A stretch of DNA of 64,000 bases, taken from NCBI RefSeq assembly GCF_006345805.1, contig NC_043000.1, forward strand, positions 29,326,001 to 29,390,000, read 5' to 3'. The stretch is from Octopus sinensis (lineage: Eukaryota). The notes beneath the pieces are model-generated. The model worked only from the letters and a program-made list of their open reading frames with translations. It did no database searches and was not told the origin of the DNA. Shown piece by piece: positions 1 through 13,005 of the stretch. Position 1 is the first letter of the stretch; each line of letters starts with the position of its first letter. Both the position numbers and the translations under genes were made by a program.

Positions 1-354
1 TTTGATTATTTTCTTTCTTCTATTTGAAAAGGTGAACATTTCCCGAAATATTATAGGATCATTAAACAAAATATGTAAGGTAATACATTATCTTTTCTCT
101 TTGTTTTCATTTAATGACATCACTTTACATATTGTGACAAAATTATCTCCTGCATTGCTGAAATGTTTCATGGAACACTTTTATCATTTACGCATATTGC
201 AATGCTTCAAGCAATTTACAAGATATTAGATAATATTGTCTAAGTTATTTCTGAAAATGCAGGATAAAATACGAGTGGGATACAACAGCAGCAACAGTAA
301 TAAGGCGATATATTTACAGATATATAACATATTCAGCTTGGAATATCTTTTACT

Positions 355-1010
355 TTCTACTTGCTTCAGTTTCTGGACGGCGACCATGTTGGGGCACCGC
401 CCCAAATGATTTTTGTCGAATAAATCGACACAGTACCTATACTTTAAGTCTGATACTTACTTATTCTATCGATATTTTATCCGAAGCTTTAAGTGACGGA
501 GACGTAATATATTTCTTTACTACCCACAAGGAGCTAAACATAGAGGGGACAAACAAGGACAGACAAAGGGATTAAGTCGATTAGATCGACCCTAGTGCGT
601 AACTGGTAATTACTTATCGACCCCGAAATGATGAAAGGCAAAGTCGACCTCGGCGGAATTTGAACTCATAACGTAGCGGCAGACGAAATACCACTGAGAA
701 TTTCGCCCGGCGTGCTAACGTTTCTGCCAGCTCGCCGCCTTCTATCGATCTTTTATCCGAACCGTTAAGTTACGGAGACGTATTATAACCAACACCGATT
801 GTCAAGTTCTCGTGGGAGGGAAACACAAGCACTAACATACACACACATAGCACTGGCTTTCACACAGTTTTCCTTTACCAAATACATTCACAAGGCATCG
901 GTTGACTCGGGGTTATAGTAGAAGACATTTGCTCAAAGTGTCGCGCTGTAAGATTGAACCTGACACTATCTGGTTTAAAATCAAGCGTCTTGACTACACA
1001 GCAATGCTTA
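355..1010 (-). mobile_element. Diverged SINE family A copy, interrupted by a SINE-B
   Basis: Tail (acttgcttcagt...ccatgttggggcaccgcc) at 355-509 and body/head (caaggcatcggttgactcggggttatagtagaagacatttgc) at 742-1010 align by eye to the well-preserved copies at 46036-46817. Confidence 0.8.
510..741 (-). mobile_element. SINE family B (tRNA-like head plus conserved central domain), full length
   Basis: Minus strand reads aaggcggcgagctggcagaaacgttagc (A box) ... gagttcaaattccgccgaggtcgactttgcctttcatc (B box plus central domain resembling the Deu/Nin SINE domain, from memory). Near-identical to 45154-45387. Confidence 0.9.
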
Positions 1011-1284
1011 CGGCTGTATGACTATTATAAGATTAAGAGAATAAAGAGGTAACTTCAGATTTGTATCGAAAAAAGAACTCAAACGGTATAAGCCTAGCTG
1101 AAATCTTATCTCAAAGAATGCATATCTTACGCACGTAATTTGGCACCTTCCCATTAAAGACCAGCAATTTTACTCCTTAGATATGGAGCAGAGATAATCG
1201 CATGGACAGTAGACAAATTAAACAGCTTATATAAAACATATATAATAATAACAAAGCAAATAATAATAATAATAATAATAATTT

Positions 1285-1771
1285 CAGGCACTGGCTCTCA
1301 TAGCGCATGATCTTAATTGATTGGAAGTGCGTGTTTTGTCTTGGCGTAAGAGATGGACTACAGTAAATATTCTGCTCCACTCCACAGATTTGCTTGTCAG
1401 TTGCTTGACTTTTACTAGTTGAGTATGTCCCTTAGTGGCTGGCGATATGTGCATCTCTGATCACGAGCATCATAGCCATGTGTTGAGAAGAATTCTTTGG
1501 GTTTGGATGATGCACCTCTGGAAACATGGGTGTTTCGTTCAACATCCTTAAACAATCCTAATTCAAGGTCCTATTGAGCAAGATGGGCACACGTCCTGAA
1601 GACAATTCTAAGTCCCACCTGCAAGGTCATGTGCTGTTTATGTTGATATGAGAATATCTCCATGTCACGCACATATGGTTGTGATGCATGTGCCTGGTGT
1701 ACCCTTATCAAACGAGTAGTCAAGGATGGGGGGTGTTTTGTGCTTCATATATGTGTACCCCTGGGTCACTT
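1285..1771. mobile_element. About 0.5-kb non-coding interspersed element abutting (TAA)n; truncated copy of 30267-30822
   Basis: Collinear with 30267-30822 (shared gatttgcttgtcagttg, gatatgtgcatctctgatcacgagca, catatggttgtgatgcatgtgcctggtgtacccttatca). Left flank is (AAT)n. Confidence 0.85.
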
Positions 1772-2184
1772 ATATATATATATATATATAATATATATAT
1801 CTATCTATATATATATATATTTATATATATGTATATATATACATACATACATGCACACATATATATATACATGGATAATATATGTGAATGCAAGTGTGTA
1901 TATTTATATGTGCATGTATGTATATATATATATATATATATTTTTATAATTACTGATAATTTCTTTTAAAGATTTTATCCTCAATTGTTAATTTATATTT
2001 TTCACCGGAATAGTTCAATACTGAATTTTTATTCCGACTAGACAATTTGTTACCGAAATGCATTGCGAATAAGCCCGCCATTTTCATAGATATGTAAAGA
2101 TAAACATTCGTACATGCTACGACGAATTCTACGGTTGGCTATCGAGCTTGTAATGTTATGTTTTCTCTTATATTTCTTGAGTTT

Positions 2185-2248
2185 GTTGCACTGATGAACA
2201 TGAAATGCATATTCTGCATTAAATGCGAAATCACATGTGATATGTAAC
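2185..2248 (+). ncRNA. Type I hammerhead ribozyme motif
   Basis: Stem I gttgca/tgtaac; core CTGATGA 2191-2197; stem II catgaaatgca-tattc-tgcattaaatg (9 of 11 pairs); GAAA 2227-2230; stem III palindrome atcacatgtgat; AUA triplet, predicted cut after 2242. Confidence 0.75.
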
Positions 2249-2377
2249 TGAATTCTTTTTTAAAATGATGTGTTTTGAAGTTTTGCATTCGGTAAAATTT
2301 TGTTTATTTTTAGTAGTTTTGACCGCATTGGTCCCCCTTACTACGAATAGTAGTACCCTCAATATAATATAAATATA

Positions 2378-2428
<51 letters not shown>

Positions 2429-2455
2429 TTTATATATATATATTTTTATAATATA

Positions 2456-3252
2456 CTACCAGTATTACCCGGCTCGTGCGCTCGTGCGTTCTATGCACGT
2501 GCGAATTAAGCTAAACTTGGATGAATTTCAATCAAAATTCAATTATTTTGGTTTTAAAATCAAGCATTTAATGCCCTCTATTTTTGCGCTTATGTGTTCC
2601 ATTTCCTCAATAGGAAGTACGTAGAAGCGTTTCATAAATTTTTGCTGATCAAATAATTGCATTGTTGGATTTTTCTTTTAGATCACTATTTCTCAACGGG
2701 GATTTCAGGGAAGAATTTCAGGGAGTCGCTGGCGATGTATCGTGATGATCAAAAATCCGGCCTGCTAAAATTTGGTTAAAGTGATTCAAACTGCAGACTC
2801 AACGCAAAATAGTCACATTTAATTCAAAAAACGATTAATACGAAAAAAAAAAAAACCCCAGACTACATCCCGAAAATTCCTTTCTTTGCCGAATTTCTAC
2901 AATGTTTACGGCGATTCGTTTTTATATCTTGATTTTTTATTTTTCATGCAATTTACGCATGCTTGCACGCGTGGTGAACGCAGTTCACGTCAAACAGCTG
3001 ACTAAGTAAAGTTCCCTATTCAATGCATGGGATAAGGCCTAAACAAACACACTATCGATTTTTGCACTTGCGAGATGAATTTCGGAACAGAAATAGCGCA
3101 GTTCAATTTTCATTTGCCTAAACTTTAAGTGGCCCATTTTTGGTGGTTCTACGATTTGTTGACAAGGAGGAGATGTGCCGGGAAGTTAAACACACAGACA
3201 CACACACACAGATACGCACACAGACACATAAGTTGAGTTTTATATATATAGA
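2456..3252 (-). mobile_element. Non-autonomous Helitron
   Basis: Minus-strand 5' end A|TCTATATATATAAAA at 3252, next to (CA)-rich subterminal sequence. 3' end ...ccgggtaatactgGTAG|T at 2456 (CTAG with one substitution), matching the 3' ends at 56960 and 60372. Confidence 0.7.
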
Positions 3253-3274
3253 TATATATATATAAATGTATATA

Positions 3275-3320
<46 letters not shown>

Positions 3321-3823
3321 CATACATATATATATACATATATATACATTTATATATATATATTATATAATTATATATATATGTATGTATATATGTATGA
3401 TATATATATGTATATATTACATATATATATACATACATATATACATACATATATATATATATATATATACACATATATATATATATACATACATATATAT
3501 ATATATACATACACATAAATATACACGCTTGCATTCACATCTATTATCCATGTATATATATGTGTGTATGTGGATTCATACACACACACGCGCCCGCGCA
3601 CACACACACACACACGCACGCACAGTTACACTGTATGGGAACGTGGAAATGTGTAATTATATCGATATGCAATTATATGTGCATGTGCGTGTGTATGTGT
3701 GTATGTGTGTATACTTATAAATATATATATACACATATACATATATATTTACATATATATATATATGTTTATGTATACATAGATATGTGTATGTATATAC
3801 ATGTATATATATATATATATATA

Positions 3824-3855
<32 letters not shown>

Positions 3856-3960
3856 ATATATATATATATATTATATATATATATATGGACACATCCATAT
3901 ATATGTACATATACACATATATATTTATATACATATACGTGCATACATAGATATGTATAA
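3253..3960. repeat. Compound (TA)n/(CA)n/(TATG)n microsatellite
   Basis: Read directly from sequence; source of the YIYI and HTHT ORFs. Confidence 0.95.
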
Positions 3961-4711
3961 ATGCGTATATACTGGAATGAACCGGAAATACAACTATTCG
4001 AAAATTCTATCACGCACAACATGCTTCTTCCCCCTTAGACATGCGCACTCTGCACTCTGCACGCTTCACAATATATATATATATGCTTTCGGTGCGAATG
4101 GTTATATATATTTATAATGTACACATTTCCACGTACCTATACATTATATATATGTATATATATATACTTGTGTGTGTGTATATGATCATGTATGTTACTA
4201 TGTGTATATAAGGGGTTTCTAAATAGCGTCGTTATGTATGTGCTTAAATAAGTAAGGCGGCTGACTGCCAGAGAAGTTGATGAAGCTAATCGCTCACCAA
4301 ACCATCATCGGCTTAGAAGAAATAACATTTCATTTAGAATTTGGAAAGCAGCCATATCTTATATTCGGAGCACGCATGCTTACACATGCTTCGTTCTAGG
4401 TATATATACTCACGTCTCGTTATACTTATTGATTAATGATTCAACGTATTTGCAATAACAACAAGGGCAACTACAGCCGATAACAAGAATATCAGTAACA
4501 ACAAATACAAAGGGTATACTATTGAAAGCAATGAATCCTGTAATAGCCTCAAGGGCAAGTGAAATGTTATATTACGATTCAATGGAGAGAATTCAGTAAA
4601 ATTACAACGATTGCTATATTTGCCAGAAGGGCATCGAAGCCTTATATTTGTAAATTATATTAAAAATTGTATGATGCCATACAAATAAATGACCAAATAA
4701 GGAAATAAATA

Positions 4712-4822
4712 TGAGGCGTGGCTGCATGGTAAGAAGTTTGCTCCTTAACCGTATTGTTCCGGGTTCAGTGGCCCCTTGGCCAAGTGTCTCCAACTGTAGC
4801 ATCAGACCGTCCAAATCAAGAA
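4712..4822 (+). mobile_element. SINE-A 5' fragment
   Basis: gtggctgcatggtaagaagtttgct...gttccgggttcagtgg...ttggccaagtgtctcc matches the SINE-A head. Confidence 0.75.
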
Positions 4823-5194
4823 GGCTAATAACGTAGTAACCATTTTTTAAACAAGATATCCATGTTAAGTTGGAACTGAAGATTACCGTTTGGCATTAAT
4901 ATTTCTTATGTAATTAATAATTAATATAATATTTAATGATTAATATAATATCGCTAATAATTTATTATTAACGATGTATAATAATTTTCTTCACTCTCGA
5001 ATTTGGTGGACATATAGCAGGAAGCAAGCCGACACAAGAAATCTCTAATGCGACTTTTTTACTGTTGTACCCGAAGACACCCAGAACGACGGGTCGAACT
5101 TTATATGAACTGTGAACCTTTATCCCCCTGTCTCTATTCTTATATCTATTTTTACTCTTTATTCTATTTTATTTCTTACATACCTACTCACCTT

Positions 5195-5270
5195 GTCTCT
5201 GATGACGGAATACCCAACGTACGGACATACTAGTCTATCACTTGGGATATCCCAGAAACAGCCGTAAGAC
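5195..5270 (+). ncRNA. Type I hammerhead motif with extended stem II
   Basis: Stem I gtct/agac; CTGATGA 5199-5205; stem II ggaata-cccaa...ttggg-a-tatccc; GAAA 5255-5258; stem III ac-agcc-gt; GUA, predicted cut after 5266. Confidence 0.65.
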
Positions 5271-5929
5271 TTCAAATTCATCTTACCCCAATTAAATTAT
5301 AATAAATCACTTGAGCTAAGGATGACCAATTATAGCACTTACTCAACGTATCTACGTACCTCTTCATTTAGAACACCAGTAAACATATTCTTTATATATA
5401 TATATATGTAATAAATGTAGAGAGATAAGCAAGTTAGGCAGATCAATATATAACGTATGTTAAATGCATGAAATACGAAAAGTGTATATTATGTTTACAT
5501 GCAAATAGGTACGACTTACACAGAATACAAATGGTATAGAGAATTAAAGGGGTTGAAGGAAATAATTACAAATCCAACAGCTGTTTCTAGAGGACCAGTG
5601 GTCCAAAATAATGTTTCTAGATTGATTCAATCGTAGGACAATACGAGACTCCGTTTTCAGGGAAGAGATTATACATTTGAGGTGTTGAAGGAAAGAAGAT
5701 CAAAGATGAATTTCTTTCATTTACCATCTTAATTACACACACTCACGCCGACACACACACATACACGCACATACACACACACACACACACGCGTGCGCGC
5801 ATACATGCACTCAAATGTAGACTTATAGTTGGGTATATAGAGATATATACAGATGTATTTATGTTTGTATATACAAACATATCTATTCATATATATAATA
5901 TAATGTGTGTATGTATTTTCTTTTCTTTA

Positions 5930-6215
5930 CCTTTTACTTGTTTCGGGGCGCCGCTTCGGTGAACCTTTAGCTGAGTGAATCGAACCCAGGACTAAGTTAC
6001 AAGGACGTAAACTCACCAACACCAGTTGTAAAACGGTATTGGGGACAAACACACGCACAAAAGCTAACACACACATATACACACAGACGGACAGACAGAT
6101 ACACGCACTTATGCGGGCTTCTTTCAGTTTCCGTCTACCGAATCCACTCATAAGGCTTTGGTCAGTAGGGGACACTTGCCCAAGATGCCACGCAGTGGGA
6201 CTGAACTCGAAACCA
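5930..6215 (-). mobile_element. SINE-A, internally deleted
   Basis: gggcttctttcagtttccgtctaccgaatccactcataaggctttggtc...gacacttgcccaagatgccacgcagtgggactgaac. Confidence 0.85.
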
Positions 6216-7033
6216 CTCAGCAACAGATAGCGATTAGGTTCGTTCGTAGGTCATTCTTTTTGTCCAATCATATTGATTATTGCATTAGAAAGAAAAAAAA
6301 AAGTTAAAGCAATAAAGAAAAAAAAATTGAAAAACCCCCCCAAAACAAACCGAAAACGGAAACAGCACAAATAATTTATTTGGTTTTCTTTGAAGAAATA
6401 GACGTCAGACCTGAGTCCCAAAAATCAAAAAGTAAAAACGTTTTTCTTTCAGCAGATACACAAGTTTTTGTACAACTGTGGTTGAAGGCAATGAGTATAT
6501 TTAGCACGGTTTAATATTTCGCGAGAAAAATGTGGTAACGTATGGGGTATCATAAGAAGTTTAGTGTAGCATTCCCACATTGAGAGCACAATATAATTCC
6601 TGTACAGTAAAGTGGTTTTTACAGATTTAAGGCTAACTCTTGATGAAGAAGAAACTATATAAATCTATAAAAAATACCATATCTGACGTAAGTCTGTAAA
6701 TAATGTGATTACGCGTTTGAAGTTAGTTCGATTATAAAATAGGGTTTAGTGGCAAATCACAAATGAAAACAATCATCATGTGTCGATTGAACGCTCGTCA
6801 CATTAAAACAGAAAGAATAAATAAATTGCCAGCTTCATGGACTGCACACACATTGACATTTTAACGGATTTGAGGAAAGTAGATCTTTTTCGGTTTTCAT
6901 TATATTGCAGTACTGCTGTGCTGCACCCCCCCCCCACCAAGTCGTGCCGTAGTAAGACAGCAACGATAATCTTTAAAATGGCTTTCTCAGAGGGAAAAGC
7001 TAATAAAAACAAATAGTGGATACAAAAGGAATA

Positions 7034-7081
<48 letters not shown>

Positions 7082-7122
7082 AACATATATGTATATATGT
7101 ATATGTATATGCATAAGCTTAT

Positions 7123-7156
<34 letters not shown>

Positions 7157-7273
7157 TATATACACACACAAACATATATGTATATATGTATATGCATATA
7201 TGTATATATGTATATGTATATGCATAAGCTTATATACATACATACATACACGCATATATATATATAGTATATA

Positions 7274-7305
<32 letters not shown>

Positions 7306-7326
7306 TATATTATATATAGATATATA

Positions 7327-7364
<38 letters not shown>

Positions 7365-7392
7365 TATATATTTATATATATATATATGTATT

Positions 7393-7423
<31 letters not shown>

Positions 7424-8095
7424 TAGAGAGAGAGAGAGAGATGATGCAATATTTGCTTAAATCTTGCTTCAATCGAGATAAAGAATTGTCCCTATTTTTA
7501 CCGATGATGAAATCAAATTAATGTAAGAGAAGAAAGGAAATGGAAGTTTCGAATGTATACAGATATCTTGAAAATGTCATGCTAGTTTATGTGAAAACCT
7601 TTTTACTAAAATGAGAGCAATGTTGCTATATTTGCGCAAAAGGATTCTCCGCCATCTCTGCAATATACTTAAGAGATATATATAAAAAAAAAAAACTACA
7701 AAAAATTACAAACAAAAAACACACGAACCGTGGGCTGCTGAAATCCCTTAAAACGTTGGTTTGCAGACAAGACATGAAACTAGCGTTATTGTAAAGAAAT
7801 AGTTTATTTTCCTTCAAATATCTCTGTACGCCATTTTCTGCAATTGTATATAACAAGCCTGAGATTCTGAGGTTCTTACACGAACTTCTTTCAACGGATA
7901 AAAAAATCAAATTAATGTAAAGACGAAATGAATTCAGAGTCTATGGCAATTCCATGAGGGGTGGAGGGTGGGTGTCGAACTAAATAAATCCCCCCCCCCA
8001 AAAAAAAAAGAAAAAGAAAGACACTATCGATTTCTGAAACAAGATTACAAAATCACAGGAAAATGTTATAGTCAATCCAATCAACCTTTCTAGAC

Positions 8096-8135
<40 letters not shown>

Positions 8136-8243
8136 GCATGAAAATATATCTATCTGTCTATCTATCTATCAGCAAACACATATGCATATCTATATATGCA
8201 TATACATATATGTGCATATGCATATATATATAAATATATATAT

Positions 8244-8585
<342 letters not shown>

Positions 8586-8965
8586 GTCGTATATACACTA
8601 CCGTCAGAAATTAATTAGTACCCTTGATTTACTCTTCACTCAAGGTATTTGCTGTCACCTAGTGGCCATATCTCGAACTATTGCTTTGTTGCGAGTTCAC
8701 TGTTGCGCAGAACGATGACGTAACTTTGTTTGCAGAGCAGTTTGAGAGTCTACAGCCTAATGATGTTGACATAGCAGTGCAACAACAACTTGGAGTGCAG
8801 ATGCAGACAAATCTTCCTTTGTTTAATAGGTAGCGCCTCGCAAGGACCGAAATCACACCGTACTAAGTTTTCTCATCGCGTAAGACGTTTTGAACAGCTC
8901 GTAGGTTAATTGATTTGTGTATTTGCAAGATTTTTTCCTCACAAATTCTCCTACACTCTGCTTGG

Positions 8966-8980
8966 TGACGTCACTTCCGG
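8966..8980 (+). promoter_or_regulatory. Overlapping CRE (TGACGTCA) and ETS (CACTTCCGG) motif in the Tc1 5' region
   Basis: Exact sequence tgacgtcacttccgg about 160 bp upstream of the transposase ATG. Function is inferred. Confidence 0.4.
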
Positions 8981-9137
8981 TTCACAAAACTTTCAGTTAT
9001 ACATCAAATAAGGTGAGAAATTCTGCTTTCTTTCTTTTTTGTTTAATGAATAATCTCATAGCAGTTTTGTTATAGCATAACATTATTCAAATGAACAGTT
9101 TTAATGAAAATAACTGGTTTTTATCGTACATTCCTAG

Positions 9138-10101
9138 ATGGGCCCAAGACCTCGCATGACCTGGAGAGACGGTACGAGGCTCTCTCGTGCGTGGGAAGCT
9201 GTCGGAGGCTGCAATAGCCAGAAAACTTGGTGTAGCCAGGCGCACAATTCAGTGCTTATTTAAGAAATACGAGGAAACTGGATCAGCAGCTGACAAAAAG
9301 GGTAGGGGACGGAAGAGGCTGACGACCCAGCGGGAGGACCGGATGCTGATCCGAAAGTCACTGTACAACCGAAGGGCAACGAGCCGGCAACTGGCGGAGG
9401 AGATGCAAAAGATGACAGGGAAGCAGTTGTCTACAACCACCGTCAAGACCAGATTACTGGGAGCTGGTCTAAAATCCTGTAGGGCCGCCCGTAAGCCGCT
9501 CCTTACAGCCCAAAACCGGAAGAGGCGGCTGCTCTGGGCCCATGCCCACAAGATATGGACCGTGCAGCAGTGGCGGACAGTGATGTTCACTGACGAGTCG
9601 CGATTCAGTCTCATCAGTGACAAGCCTGTCCATGTGCGACGCCGCAGGGGTGAGCGCTTCAACAAAGACTGCATTGCTCCCACCATGAAGCATGGTGGGG
9701 TGGTCTGATGGTGTGAGGGGCGTTCAGCTACAGTGGTGTTGGGCGGCTCTATGCCGTCGAAGGCAACATCAACGCAGCAAAGTACGTTGAGATAGTACGG
9801 GATACCTCTTTGGTGGCGAGGAGTACATGCTCCAGCAGGACAACGCGCCTTCCCACACAGCCAAGCTCACAACCGGTTTCTTCAAGGACCATGACCTGAC
9901 CTGAACCCTATTGAGAACCTCTGGAGTCGATTGGGTAGGGATTTGAATGTGCAGCAATACAGGAACCGACACGAGCTGTTTGGGGCACTCCTTGCTGCAT
10001 GGAGGGCCATCCCTGCACAGTACCTGCAGGCACTCATAGACAGCATGCCGACCCGCGTAGCAGCTGTCATTGCTGCCAAAGTAGGAGCAACAAGATATTG
10101 A
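9138..10101 (+). pseudogene. Tc1 DDE transposase pseudogene
   Basis: HTH ...AIARKLGVARRTIQ..., GRGRKR, VMFTDESRF (D1), QQDNAPSH (D2), DLNPIENLW (E), C-terminus ...SMPTRVAAVIAAKVGATRY*. Several frameshifts, a TGA in LMV*GAF, and deletion of the WPAQSP segment. Confidence 0.95.
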
Positions 10102-10264
10102 CTAAATTTCACGATTAATAACAATTCTGTGGTGTGCTGGGGTATGTTTTAATAAATTTTTGATTAAAAACGAGTTCGTTTCTGATAATAAGTTAATTAA
10201 ATTAAGAAAATGTAAGAAAATGTAGAAATTTGAGAAGTGCTAATTAATTTCCGACGCAAGTGTA

Positions 10265-10506
10265 TGTATACATATATATATATCCGTGTATGTGTTTGTG
10301 TGTCTGTGTTTGTCCCCTAGCATTGCTTGACAACCGATGCTGGTGTGTTTATGTTCCCGTTACTTAGCGGTTCGGCAAAAGAGACTGATAGAATAAGTAC
10401 TGGGCTTACAAAAGAATAAGTCCCAGGGTCTAGTTGCTCGATTAAAGGCGGTGCTCCAGCATGGCCGCTGTCAAATGACTGAAACAAGTAACAGTGAGTA
10501 ACAGAG
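10265..10506 (+). mobile_element. SINE-A microsatellite and complete tail
   Basis: tgtttgtcccctagcattgcttgacaaccgatgctggtg...ggcggtgctccagcatggccgctgtcaaatgactgaaacaagt. Confidence 0.9.
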
Positions 10507-11544
10507 TGTATATTTATATATATATATATATATAACAGTATCAATCGGTAGATATTTGTCTCCTTCTGTCTATATATATGTATGTATATGTATGTATATA
10601 TGTATATACCATCTTGGAGAAACCATTTTCTACTGAGCACTTGATGGCTGAACATTCTGATTAGAGACAAATATCTAGCACTGGATTGATCACTAATCTA
10701 AGTAAGCACATGCTTAGGGGATTAAGCGAAGGGCGGGAGCACCACAGACGTGGTAAATGGTTTACGGCACAAAAGAAATGACTTTAAATTTGCTAAAATA
10801 ATATTCGAAGTGTGTTTATATGATGAAAAACATAATTTCAAAATGTTAATGATACCATGGTGAGGATCCGATCAAAGACTTTGCAAAAATGTACAAGAAA
10901 ATTTTCAAATATAAAGTGGAAGTATACAAGATAAGCATTGTTTTCCATCTTACTGTTTCATTTTCTTTCATTCTGAAAAATAAAAAAAAATATTTTATGG
11001 TTTATATTTTGAATAACATATTTATGGGGTACCAAAATCCTTTAAGTGCTTGAGGCCACTATGGGACTTAGTCCAGTCCTGCAAATGTCTGTGATAAGAC
11101 TCGAACCCTTGTTCTTTCAGGTTTTTTCTGAAACATTTTGGACTCGTCAACCAGATCGATAAGCTATTGAAAATTAATAAGCGGGGGTGGTTAAATACCG
11201 AGATCAACAATCGCTTGCATTTTTCTCTATCGATAATCGATATAAATGGGTGCCGCCAGCTGGTAACAGTTCAGAAACGAATGACTTCATTAAAAAGATG
11301 AATCAGGCCTAAACATTATATAACAGAATAGAATATTTACTGTGGAACAAGCAAGAAAAACGTGACAGTATTATCCAACTGGTAAAAATAAGAACAAAAA
11401 CAAATCAACAGATGTAGCTGGGCAGAATCGGCAATTTAGCATTTGTAGATTGTTAAGCGGAGATATATACATAATTAATGCAAGCGGCTGCTGTTACTGA
11501 GCAGTTGTTAGAAGGCTAAGCGATTTACTACACTGTGTCATATA

Positions 11545-11796
11545 CAGGGTGTTCAAAAAATCTCTCCGCAGTGAATTTTTTCTCTCCAAGATGTATTTCA
11601 AAACATGTGTAGAAGAGTCAAATTATGTATTGAAAATGAAGGATGACACTTTCAACACGTCTTATTAATTTTTTTTTTAAAAGTCTTGTAAGGTCTAATA
11701 TATTAGACTTTATATTCTTTTGTAGCTTTATACCATTTTATAAATATTTATTTTGCAATGAAATTCTTACTGCGGAGAGACTTTTTGAACACCCTG
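11545..11796 (+). mobile_element. Internally deleted Tc1/mariner derivative (MITE-like, 252 bp)
   Basis: TIRs cagggtgttcaaaaa(a/g)tctctccgcagt with 1 mismatch; TA flanks. Interior 11584-11667 translates LQDVFQNMCRRVKLCIENEG*HFQHVL, a typical ...GGHFEHLL-type transposase C-terminus. Confidence 0.88.
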
Positions 11797-12004
11797 TATA
11801 ACTTCTTCAGCTTTGGTAAATATAGTTGTTATAAATGTTTGCTCCATTGCAGAAGTTTTCGAAATATTCAGTAACTTAAATTATTTTTTCCCAATATTTT
11901 CTTTTACCGTTAATCTTTAACTTGTTTCAGCGATTGGAAAGCGGCCATCTTGCAGCACGGTTTTTAAGGACTTAATTGAAGAAATCAACGTCTGTATTTT
12001 GTGA

Positions 12005-12166
12005 TAAGAAGCTTGTTTCCAAAAGCACATCATACCAGATTTAGTAGCACGCAGTGGGACCTTGGACAAGTGCCTTTTATTATAGACTCAGGCCGACCAC
12101 AGCCATCTAAGAGGATTTTGAAGGCGGAAACTGAAAGAAGCCTGTCGTATAAAAACACACACACAA

Positions 12167-12198
<32 letters not shown>

Positions 12199-12487
12199 AC
12201 ACACACACACACACACCACACACAACACACACACATATATATATATACATATTTATATACGCAGACACATATATATGTGTGTGTGTATTTGTCCCCCACC
12301 ACTTGGTGTTGGTGGGCTTACGTCCATGTAAACTAGCGGTTCAACAAAAGAACAAAAGAGACTGATAGGATGAGTATCAGGCTTTAAAGAATAAGTGCTG
12401 GAGTCTATTCATTCGACTAAAAAAATTCTTGAAGGTGGTGCCCCAGTATGGCCGCAGTCTAATGACTGAAACAAGTAAAAGATAAAA
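12005..12487 (+). mobile_element. Diverged SINE-A
   Basis: gcggaaactgaaagaagcctgtcgtata...ggtggtgccccagtatggccgcagtctaatgactgaaacaagtaaaaga. Confidence 0.8.
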
Positions 12488-12489
12488 TA

Positions 12490-12755
12490 TAAGCCTGGTC
12501 TTTATTCTATCGGTGTTTTTGCTATGTTCGCGGACGTAAACAAACAAACCTCGGTTGTCAAGGGACGAGGGAAGTGACAAGTATACCACACACACACACA
12601 TACCACACCCACACACACACGCGTGCGTATATGTATGACAAACTTCCACGCACTTTTCGTCCATCAAATTAACTCATAAGTCATTAGTCAACACAAGGAT
12701 TTAACAGAAGTCGTTTGTCATATTGTAAGACTGAACCCAAGACTACGTGGTTCAC
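12490..12755 (-). mobile_element. Highly diverged SINE-A, tail-to-tail with the previous copy
   Basis: ttattctatcggtg...ggacgtaaac...cggttgtcaag...gactgaacccaagactacgtggtt. Confidence 0.6.
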
Positions 12756-12800
12756 TATTCCCCTGCTTTCCCCACCTCTATTCTAACCTATATATATGTA

Positions 12801-13005
12801 CGAGTGATTGCTGAAAAGTTCCTCGTCTCATGGGTTTCATGAAAAGCCTGAGGGAGGCCCAACTTTCCGAGATCCTTTACAGAGTTTAGTAAGACCGAAG
12901 GACCGCTGCAATAAGTGACGCTGAGAGGAGAATATATTAAATAAAATCAGTGATCCTCCTGTATTTTCTTTTATCCAAAGCCAGGAACTTTTCAGCACCC
13001 ACTCG
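12801..13005. mobile_element. Mariner-type MITE (205 bp)
   Basis: 23-bp TIRs cgagtg(at/gg)tgctgaaaagttcct with 2 mismatches; TA on both sides. Confidence 0.85.

Larger units (their letters stand above)
8596..10262 (+). mobile_element. Full-length defective Tc1 transposon (1667 bp)
   Basis: TIRs cactaccgtcagaaattaattag and ctaattaatttccgacgcaagtg (3 mismatches in 23 bp); TA on both sides (8594-95, 10263-64); transposase inside. Confidence 0.93.
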
